DNA of 64,000 nucleotides from Candidatus Latescibacterota bacterium (GTDB lineage Bacteria; Latescibacterota; UBA2968; UBA8231): NCBI GenBank assembly GCA_965203355.1, contig OZ241889.1, positions 1,312,001 to 1,376,000 of the forward strand, read 5' to 3'. Shown piece by piece: positions 56,738 to 64,000 of this stretch (position 1 is its first letter; each line of letters starts with the position of its first letter). The notes under the pieces were generated by a model. It saw only the letters and a program-made list of their open reading frames with translations, ran no database searches and was not told where the DNA came from. The position numbers and the translations under genes were made by a program.

Positions 56738-58996
56738 ATGTCTGCCACAAACGGCGGCTACAAAGTCATCGGCACTCGTCCCATCCGCCACGACGGCGTT
56801 GACAAGGTCACGGGGCGCGCCATTTACGGTGCCGACACCCGATTGGCCGGCTTGCTTTACGGACAGGTTCTGCGCTCGCCTCACGCCCATGCGTGCATCA
56901 AATCCATAGACACGTCTAAAGCCGCGGCCCTGTCTGGGGTCAAGGCCGTTCTCACGGGCCCTGATCTGCCCGATGCCGGCGACCAAATGGTCGATCTCGG
57001 CGAAGGACCCGCCCGGCTCAAATATCTGCGCGACAACGTGCTGGCCACGGATAAGGCTCTGTACAGCGGGCATCCGGTCGCGGCGGTCGCCGCTACCAGC
57101 GTTCACATTGCCGAAGAGGCGCTCGACCTGATCGAGGTCGAGTACGAAGTCCTAGAGGCCGTGCTCGATGTGCGCGAAGCCATGCAGGAGGGTGCGCCCC
57201 AACTCCACGACGACATGACCACTCAAGAGTTTGGGGAAGACACCGGTCGCAAGAGCAACCTCGCCACCCACTTTGAGCACCGGCTCGGCGACCCGGAAAG
57301 GGCCTTTGCCGAGGCCGACGTGGTCGTGGAGCGCGAGTTTCAGACCGCCACCGTGCATCAAGGGTACATCGAACCACACAACGCCACCGCGAGTTGGAAC
57401 GCCGATGGCCAGCTGACGATCTGGACCAGCACTCAAGGTTCGTTCACGGCGCGCGCCCAAGTCGGCGCGGTCTTGGACCTGCCCATTTCCAAGATCAAGG
57501 TCGTGCCGCAGGAGATTGGCGGCGGCTTTGGCGGCAAAATTCCGATTTACTTGGAGCCGGTTGCCGCCCTGCTCTCCAAGGCGAGCGGCCAACCTGTCAA
57601 GATGGTAATGCCCCGGCCAGCCGTCTTTGAGAGCACCGGCCCGACGCCTGGGTCGTATATCAAGATCAAGATGGGTGCTGACAACAGCGGCAAGATCGTG
57701 GCCGCCGCCGCCTATATCGCCTTTGAGTCCGGGGCGTATCCCGGCGGTTTGGTCGGCGCAGCCGCCATGTGCGTGTTCTCGTGCTACGACATACCCAATG
57801 GCCGGATTGACTGCTATGACGTTGTGGTCAACAAGCCGCGCAGTTTTGCGTATCGCGCCCCAGGTTCGACGCAGGTGGCCTTTGCCACCGAGCACGTGGT
57901 CGATCTGCTCGCGGCCGAGTTGGGCATAGAGCCGCTAGCGATCCGGATCAAAAACGCCGCGACGACCGGCACCCGCCGCATCGACGGGGTGGTGTACCCG
58001 AAGATGGGTTGCAAGGAGGTGTTGGAAGCGATCCGCGACTCAGAGCACTATCAGAGTCCAGCACCCGCTGGTCCCAATGGCGGGCGCGGTATCTCGGTTG
58101 GTTATTGGTTCAACGTCGGGCTCAAGTCCTCCTGCACGGCCAGTGTCAACTCGGACGGCACGGTTAGCTTAGTCGAGGGGTCGACCGACATCGGTGGTAC
58201 GCGCACATCGGTCGCCATGCAGTTTGCCGAGACCTTGGGCCTGCGGGCCGAAGACGTCAAGCCGCAGGTAGCCGACACCGACTCGATTGGCCACACGGAC
58301 GTAACCGGCGGTAGCCGCGTGACGTACGCCACTGGCTGGGCCGCGTACAAAGCCGCCCTCGACGTGCGAGACCAACTCTGCGAGCGCGCCGCCCAACTGT
58401 GGGAAGTCGAAGTAAGCCAAGTCGAGTTTGACGATGGCGTCTTCCGTTCTGGCGATAACGCCCTGGGCTTTAAGGAACTAGCTGGCCGACTCGAAGAGAC
58501 CGGCGGCCCGGTTATTGGCCGCGCCACTGTGAACCCAGACTCGGGTGTCGGCGGCTCCTTTGCAGCCAATATCGCCGATGTCGAGGTCGATCCCGAGACC
58601 GGCAAGGTGGATGTTTTGCGCTTTACGGTCGTCCAAGACGCTGGCCGGGCGATTCACCCGGCGTACGTCGAGGGCCAGATGCAGGGCGGCTCGGTGCAGG
58701 GCATTGGTTGGGCACTCAACGAAGAGTACTTCTACAGTGGAGACGGCCACCTCAATAACGCCAGTTTTCTCGACTACCGGATTCCGACCAGCCTCGATCT
58801 GCCGATGATTGAGACCATCATCGTCGAGGTCCCCAACCCGGGCCATCCTTACGGTGTGCGCGGCGTTGGCGAGGCCAACATCGCCCCGCCGCCCGCCGCC
58901 ATGGCCGCGGCCATTGAGGATGCCGTTGGCGTGCGGCCGCAGGAATTGCCCATGAAGCCCGACCGCATTGTCGCCGCGTTGGCCGGGAGTCGCTAA
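56738..58996 (+). CDS. Xanthine dehydrogenase-family molybdopterin subunit (CoxL-like, not form I CODH)
   Basis: KVTGRA.Y, LRSPHAHA, GGGFGGK, AYRAPG, EGQMQGG and RGVGE. Confidence 0.92.
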   Translation: MSATNGGYKVIGTRPIRHDGVDKVTGRAIYGADTRLAGLLYGQVLRSPHAHACIKSIDTSKAAALSGVKAVLTGPDLPDAGDQMVDLGEGPARLKYLRDNVLATDKALYSGHPVAAVAATSVHIAEEALDLIEVEYEVLEAVLDVREAMQEGAPQLHDDMTTQEFGEDTGRKSNLATHFEHRLGDPERAFAEADVVVEREFQTATVHQGYIEPHNATASWNADGQLTIWTSTQGSFTARAQVGAVLDLPISKIKVVPQEIGGGFGGKIPIYLEPVAALLSKASGQPVKMVMPRPAVFESTGPTPGSYIKIKMGADNSGKIVAAAAYIAFESGAYPGGLVGAAAMCVFSCYDIPNGRIDCYDVVVNKPRSFAYRAPGSTQVAFATEHVVDLLAAELGIEPLAIRIKNAATTGTRRIDGVVYPKMGCKEVLEAIRDSEHYQSPAPAGPNGGRGISVGYWFNVGLKSSCTASVNSDGTVSLVEGSTDIGGTRTSVAMQFAETLGLRAEDVKPQVADTDSIGHTDVTGGSRVTYATGWAAYKAALDVRDQLCERAAQLWEVEVSQVEFDDGVFRSGDNALGFKELAGRLEETGGPVIGRATVNPDSGVGGSFAANIADVEVDPETGKVDVLRFTVVQDAGRAIHPAYVEGQMQGGSVQGIGWALNEEYFYSGDGHLNNASFLDYRIPTSLDLPMIETIIVEVPNPGHPYGVRGVGEANIAPPPAAMAAAIEDAVGVRPQELPMKPDRIVAALAGSR

Positions 58997-59001
58997 AAGC
59001 C

Positions 59002-59271
59002 GTGCCCGTAGCTTGGATTCCCTCGCTGATGCAGAAGCTGACTGCTGGCCAGCAGCAAGTAGAAGTAGAGGGCGCGACCGTGCGCGAGGTCGTTGCCGCA
59101 CTCGACGCCCGCTACCCTGGCTTCAAGGAACGGGTTCTCGACGGCGACCGCATCAAGACCGAGATCGCCGTCGCGGTAGATGGCGAAGTGGTCGCCGCCG
59201 GGCTTAGGGCTAAGGTGGGGCCGCAAAGCGAGGTCCACTTTCTGCCCGCCATATCGGGGGGTGCGGGTTAG
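59002..59271 (+). CDS. MoaD/ThiS-family sulfur carrier
   Basis: TVREV..L…YPG and VHFLPAISGG, followed by AG. Confidence 0.85.
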   Translation: MPVAWIPSLMQKLTAGQQQVEVEGATVREVVAALDARYPGFKERVLDGDRIKTEIAVAVDGEVVAAGLRAKVGPQSEVHFLPAISGGAG

Positions 59272-59499
59272 TCAGCCGTCCGAATGCAGCGCAAAGGGGC
59301 TGGTATTCCTCTTTTTCTACCCACTTTTGGACAGTTTTAGATAGTGATACGTTTTGAAATTTAGCTTTACTCCCGTTGCACGGGTTGCTCTCGCTCGGCC
59401 TGAACCCCGGCGACCCAAGCCCGACCGAAAACGCATCACGACCGAATGATTTGGTCTAATCCCGCTTTGGCGGTGCAGGGTAGTTGCCGACCTTGACAT

Positions 59500-59605
59500 C
59501 CCAGAACATCAGAGTCCCATTTCCGTAACTTGCGGTGCCGTGGGTGCTACTTGAGCGACAGCATCTTCTGGACGGCGAGGAAGTCGCCGCCCGCCTGCAA
59601 GCGGT
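59500..59605 (-). repeat. Diverged copy of the 3' end and partial terminator of the large surface-protein gene
   Basis: 90/106 nt identical (hand alignment, no gaps) to 59651-59756. Confidence 0.9.
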
Positions 59606-59634
59606 CCGTAGGCTGTCGATCGGACGTTCATAAG

Positions 59635-59674
59635 GAAAAGAAAATGGGACCCCAGAACATCGGGGTCCCATTTT
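59635..59674 (-). terminator. Rho-independent terminator
   Basis: AAAATGGGACCCC / GGGGTCCCATTTT stem followed by CTTTTC on the minus strand. Confidence 0.8.
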
Positions 59675-59697
59675 CGTGCTTCGCGGTGTCGTATGTG

Positions 59698-62600
59698 CTA
59701 CTTGAGCAGCAGCATCTTCTTGATGTCGAGGAAGTCGCCGCCGGCCTGCAAGCGGTAGAAGTACATCCCCGACGATACGCTCTGGCCGCTATCGTTGGTC
59801 GCGTCCCACTCCACCGCGTAATGACCGGCACTCTGATGCTCGGCAACCAGCGTCCGCACCGGCTGACCCAACACGTTATACACGGTCAGCCCCACGTCCG
59901 CCGCCTGCGGCAACGCATACTGAATCGTCGTCTGCGGGTTGAACGGGTTCGGATAGTTGGCTGCCAGCGAGAACACGGCCGGGCGCGTCTGCACCGAAAT
60001 CGGCGCGGGCAGTGCCAGCCGGTTGAAGCCCAACGCCTGGTCCCAGGTCCGGTTGTCGGTGATTTCGAGGGTCGTGTGTGCAATCTCGGTCGCCGGCCGG
60101 AAGACCAAGCGCAGTATCACCTCGCCGTCGGCAACGACATCGCCGTGCGCGGCTACCGTCAACACGCCCGCTTCGGCCAGCACCTGCGGCGTAGCGAATG
60201 CGCTCCCGCCCAGCGGCTGATCGGTCTGCGCCTCGACGAAAGTTAGCTGATCGGCGTCATACGCTATCTGCAAGCCGTAGCCCTTGACCGCTACGAAGTC
60301 GGCCAGTCGCACATTAACGCCGAACTCTTCTCCCACGCTCGGCAGGGCTGTCGGCGCATCCAGATACAGCCGCGCCGCCTCATTCAGCCCGGCCCGCAGC
60401 GGTACGCGCTTGCCCGCTCCGCTGTTGAACCGATCGAACAACGCGCTCAAGTCGCCAAAGTCCAGCATCGCGTTGATGGTAATCGCGAACGTCAGCGAGA
60501 CGCTTTCGTCGCCAGCCATGGCCGTGTACGTGACCTCAACGGCCCCATCGGTCGCCGCTTCCGGCGTCCCGGAAATCGTCCGGGTCGCCGCGTCAAACGA
60601 CAGTCCCGTCGGCAGACCCGACACGCTATACGTGATGGTGCCTTCGCCGCCCATCGCCATCGGCAGTTCCAACGAGTGAATCGCCGTGCCCGCCGTATAG
60701 TTCTGGTTGGGAATCGAAGCACCATCGACAAACGCCAAGACGATCATCATATCCTCATCGCCGTCCATATTGTCGTCCATCATGCCGCGGTCCATGTCGG
60801 TCAGCACCAGCGTCGCCGAACTCTCAGCAAAGCCGGGCAGCATCGCGTTGAGCACGATCGTCTCGTCGCCTTCAGCCATGCCGTCGGCCGTCGGATCAAC
60901 CAACAGGCGTGTCGAACCCATAATCGAACCGGCGGCAATGGTAATCGTCGGATTGAACAGCGCCGAGTAGTCCGTGTCGCGCGTGGCACTACTCGCAGCC
61001 GCGTCAATCGAGACGGAGACCGTCGCAGCCTCGGCTAGCGGCTTGCCATCCAGCGCGGCCATGACCATCACTTCCGTCAACTCGGCGGACTCGCTGATCG
61101 CACTCGGCGTCACCGACAGCACCAAAGACGTGCTCGGCGTCTCGTCGTCGGAAATGCGGATGTCCACCTGCGCCCAACCGCCTGAAGCCGCCGCTCGCAC
61201 CCCCAAGTGCTTATGACCGGCCGCCGAAGCGTTGTCAATCGGCGACAGGAACAGCGTCGTCCAACCCATCGTCTCGCCGGCTGGAATGGTGATCGTCCCG
61301 GCTAATGTCGCGGTGTAATCCACGTCGCGGGTCGCCATCGCGCCGCTGGCCGGCGGCACAATCGTGAAGCGGACCGTCTCAGCCGCCGGAGCCGCGCCCG
61401 ACAAGGTCGCCGTAACTCGGATTTCCGCCGTCTCGCCGTTCTCGCGCACGGCCGATTGCGAAGCCATCACGCTGGCGACGCCAATCGTCACCGGCGCAGC
61501 CTCCGAGACCGTGATGGTGAAAGTCCGCACCCCGCCATCGCCGTCGGCATCGATCGCCGTATAGACGACCGAGGCCATGCCTGCCAGCGTCGGTGTGCCC
61601 GAAAGCGTCCGCGTACCCGCGTCAAACGACAGCCCCATCGGCAGGTTCGACGAAACGCTGTACATCAGCGTTCCTTGGCCGCCCGTGGCCGCGGGCAACA
61701 CCGCGCTAAACGCTTGGCCAACCGTCGCTTCAAAGGCTAACGCGGCAGTGCCGAAACTCGGCCGTCCCGTATCCGCGGGCGTATCCGTATCCGAAGAACC
61801 AGAATCATCCATCATCGCCGCGTCTTTCAGCTTGATCGCCACGGTGCCGACCGTGATCTTGTCGTCGTCTTGGTTCTTGAGGTCGTCCTTGAGTGGCTTC
61901 AGCGTGATCGTCTCGTCGTTATCGGCTTTGCCGTCGTTGACCGGCGTGACCGTGATCGTCGTTGAGCCGGTGATCTCGCCGCGCGGAATCGTCAGCGCGC
62001 GAAGCACCGCCGTGTAATCCACATCCCGCGTCGCGGCACCGGACGCATCCTCATCCAAGACCAACGAGATCGTCGCATCCGCGTCGAGCGCCTTGCCGTC
62101 TAACGTGCCGGTCACCGTGACCGTCGTCTCACCCGCGTCTTCTTTGATTTCACCCGGGCTGACCGACAGCGTGATGTTCTCACTCAGCGTCTCATCATCG
62201 GTGATCGTGAACTCCACCTCTTTCATCTGAGACGTTTCGTCGCCGACCTTCGCTGTCACCGTGAACGTCCGCGCATTATGCGGAGTGCTGTTGTCCACCG
62301 GCGTGACGCGCAGTGTCGCCGTGCCCTTGGTATCGCCGGCCGGGATCGTCAAACCCTCAATCACTTCCACCTCGTAATCCACATCGCGCGTCCCCTCACC
62401 CGACGTAATCTGAAAGTCCACCGCCTTAGCGCCGGTTAAAGCCGTCTCCAATTCAACCGTCATCGTAACGTCCGTCACCCCGGCGGCCTCGCGGATCGTC
62501 TTCGGACTCAGCGTAAAATTCTTGATCGTCGCCACCGCAACGTCCTCAACCGTGATGGTACCCGGATTGACCACAATAGGAATGACAAAAGAATCCAAAT

Positions 62601-63984
62601 GCTTGATCGTTCCGGTAGCGTTAGCCGTCCCCTCGATCTTCCCATCGCCGTTAAGGTCAACACCGATGTTGATCTTAACGGCGGCGCCGTTTTTGGAGTG
62701 TCTGGGGTTAGCGTTAGGGTTGACTAAATGGGGACCCACTTCCGTTAGCACTTTTCCGGCGGGCACCACATAGGTATCCAACAAATCGCCATCATTGAAA
62801 AAGTCGAGCCCCAAGTCTCGTTCTACTAAGACGGTGCCCGCCGTGAGGGTGTCGGAGTTGCTAATGTCCCATCCAGTACTACCGTTCCCTGTCCCAACCC
62901 CTAAGAAATCATTACCATCGTTCCCTTCATCTGATTCGGGTCCTAATGCAATAGTCCCATCGCCATCCAAGTCTATGGCGATGAGGTGATTGAGGTTCAC
63001 TTCCCTAATAGTAGGGTCGCCTGAGGTATGTACATGACCATCTTTTTCGAAGCTACCATCAAAGTTGTAGTCGATCCGGACCTGCTTACCCGCGCTATTG
63101 ATCCGTTTCTTGAACTCCACCAGCAGCGTATCCTTGGCCCCCAGCACGATCTTGCCCGCCTTATTAGCCGGATCGACGGTGATCGTCGTCGTCGCGTCGA
63201 TCCGCCGCTTTGGAATGGTCAACTTCCCCAGCCCCCGAATTGAGTAATCCACGTCGCGCGTCAACGTACTAGTAGAAGCAACAACCAGTTGAGTTTCAAG
63301 ATCGCGCTCCGTCCACGAGCCGCCATCCAACATCGCCGTTACTTCAATCGAAGTCGCATCCGCCTGCTTGCTGAGCTTGGACGGCGAAAGAGAAAGGTTG
63401 ATCGTGGGGACGAACACATCGTCGTCAATCACGTCAATATAGAAGACGCCAGTAACACCAGTCTCTTTCTCAGTATAGGACGCGGCGGTTTTGCCTTTCT
63501 CGAAGATGGTTCCAGTGGAACCCCCTACATCAATCACGATAGGAATATTAACCCGACTTTTAACCTTAGCCGTATCGACGGTACCCGTTATGGTCAAGGT
63601 ATCAACATCTGCTGAAGCGTTGGTCGGGTTAGTTCCGATCCGATCATTGTTTATCGGGGTTACGGTAATAGTCCCGGTCGCCTTACGCGCGCCCTTCTTA
63701 ATCACCAAAGAGGGTAAAGATATTCTGAAGTACTCGTTGAGATAGCGGGCCGTGACACCGACGAGACTCAGCGGAAGATGAAGATCGACCTTCGCCTTCG
63801 CGTCAGCGTCGCGTAATTCGGCTGTTATCGTAATATCCTGCGCCCCTCCATCCTCGCGGACGGAACGCCGGTCAACGGATATGTCGATATTCTCGGTCTG
63901 AGCCACAGCCTCGCCGGCCCAGCCCAACACCAAACTGGCAACCAGCAAAAAAGGAAAGGTAAAAAGCCGCGTGTGCGTACTCAT
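59698..63984 (-). CDS. Large repetitive surface protein with Calx-beta-like and putative Ig repeats, cohesin-like domain and T9SS type-A-like CTD
   Basis: Signal peptide, five TRD(V/T)DY repeats and two LPxGLSFDAxTRTxSGTP units. C-terminal NYPNPFNP…YNVLGQ.VRTL…SGMYFYRL…KKMLLLK. Confidence 0.88.
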   Translation of the reverse strand: MSTHTRLFTFPFLLVASLVLGWAGEAVAQTENIDISVDRRSVREDGGAQDITITAELRDADAKAKVDLHLPLSLVGVTARYLNEYFRISLPSLVIKKGARKATGTITVTPINNDRIGTNPTNASADVDTLTITGTVDTAKVKSRVNIPIVIDVGGSTGTIFEKGKTAASYTEKETGVTGVFYIDVIDDDVFVPTINLSLSPSKLSKQADATSIEVTAMLDGGSWTERDLETQLVVASTSTLTRDVDYSIRGLGKLTIPKRRIDATTTITVDPANKAGKIVLGAKDTLLVEFKKRINSAGKQVRIDYNFDGSFEKDGHVHTSGDPTIREVNLNHLIAIDLDGDGTIALGPESDEGNDGNDFLGVGTGNGSTGWDISNSDTLTAGTVLVERDLGLDFFNDGDLLDTYVVPAGKVLTEVGPHLVNPNANPRHSKNGAAVKINIGVDLNGDGKIEGTANATGTIKHLDSFVIPIVVNPGTITVEDVAVATIKNFTLSPKTIREAAGVTDVTMTVELETALTGAKAVDFQITSGEGTRDVDYEVEVIEGLTIPAGDTKGTATLRVTPVDNSTPHNARTFTVTAKVGDETSQMKEVEFTITDDETLSENITLSVSPGEIKEDAGETTVTVTGTLDGKALDADATISLVLDEDASGAATRDVDYTAVLRALTIPRGEITGSTTITVTPVNDGKADNDETITLKPLKDDLKNQDDDKITVGTVAIKLKDAAMMDDSGSSDTDTPADTGRPSFGTAALAFEATVGQAFSAVLPAATGGQGTLMYSVSSNLPMGLSFDAGTRTLSGTPTLAGMASVVYTAIDADGDGGVRTFTITVSEAAPVTIGVASVMASQSAVRENGETAEIRVTATLSGAAPAAETVRFTIVPPASGAMATRDVDYTATLAGTITIPAGETMGWTTLFLSPIDNASAAGHKHLGVRAAASGGWAQVDIRISDDETPSTSLVLSVTPSAISESAELTEVMVMAALDGKPLAEAATVSVSIDAAASSATRDTDYSALFNPTITIAAGSIMGSTRLLVDPTADGMAEGDETIVLNAMLPGFAESSATLVLTDMDRGMMDDNMDGDEDMMIVLAFVDGASIPNQNYTAGTAIHSLELPMAMGGEGTITYSVSGLPTGLSFDAATRTISGTPEAATDGAVEVTYTAMAGDESVSLTFAITINAMLDFGDLSALFDRFNSGAGKRVPLRAGLNEAARLYLDAPTALPSVGEEFGVNVRLADFVAVKGYGLQIAYDADQLTFVEAQTDQPLGGSAFATPQVLAEAGVLTVAAHGDVVADGEVILRLVFRPATEIAHTTLEITDNRTWDQALGFNRLALPAPISVQTRPAVFSLAANYPNPFNPQTTIQYALPQAADVGLTVYNVLGQPVRTLVAEHQSAGHYAVEWDATNDSGQSVSSGMYFYRLQAGGDFLDIKKMLLLK

Positions 63985-64000
63985 GATCTCACTCCTTTAG

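Noticed and set aside
56738-58996. Aerobic CO dehydrogenase form I
   Set aside because: The active-site loop is AYRAPG, not AYxCSFR. The substrate is unknown.
59500-59756. Diversity-generating retroelement TR/VR pair
   Set aside because: The mismatches are not confined to adenines on either strand and no reverse transcriptase is in the window.
6478-62562. Avoidance of the putative restriction site as evidence for REase specificity
   Set aside because: GGTACC occurs (e.g. 6478, 62557) and other GGYRCC sites are common. A real test needs genome-wide counts.
1-64000. CRISPR array, tRNA/rRNA, integrase or intact transposase at island borders
   Set aside because: I saw no regularly spaced repeats, RNA gene signatures or recombinase ORFs, and found no target-site duplications by eye.

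Overview
GC-rich (about 60-65% by eye) chromosomal window from a diderm bacterium. T9SS-like C-terminal domains, DUF6785-like, ASPIC/UnbV and 'TWGxIK'-tailed proteins suggest an FCB-group organism such as Ca. Latescibacterota; this is inference. Housekeeping genes (rpsR, arfB, a sigma-70 factor, pepF, parC/parE, a DEAD-box helicase, gltX) are interrupted by three AT-rich insertions. (1) A BanI/HgiCI-like endonuclease paired with an amino-methyltransferase. (2) A complete YcaO/TOMM RiPP cluster at about 16.9-25 kb, the best candidate for an undescribed system. It has a 35-aa Cys-rich precursor (core ~SACCSCHCNCCSVCY) behind a sigma-54-type promoter, an E1-like partner, two SagB-type dehydrogenases, YcaO, a CPBP protease and an ABC exporter whose ATPase is fused to a TPR domain, followed by a TonB-dependent receptor. 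(3) A two-gene cassette encoding a stand-alone proteasome-beta-like Ntn hydrolase. The window also holds a ~19-kb divergent cell-envelope module of unknown function, a CoxMSL-like molybdoenzyme operon interrupted by a superinfection-immunity gene, and a large mosaic surface protein with a duplicated C-terminal end. An rpsR with an apparent ATC start is missing from the ORF track. No rRNA, tRNA or CRISPR array was seen. All family assignments come from motif recognition, not database searches.
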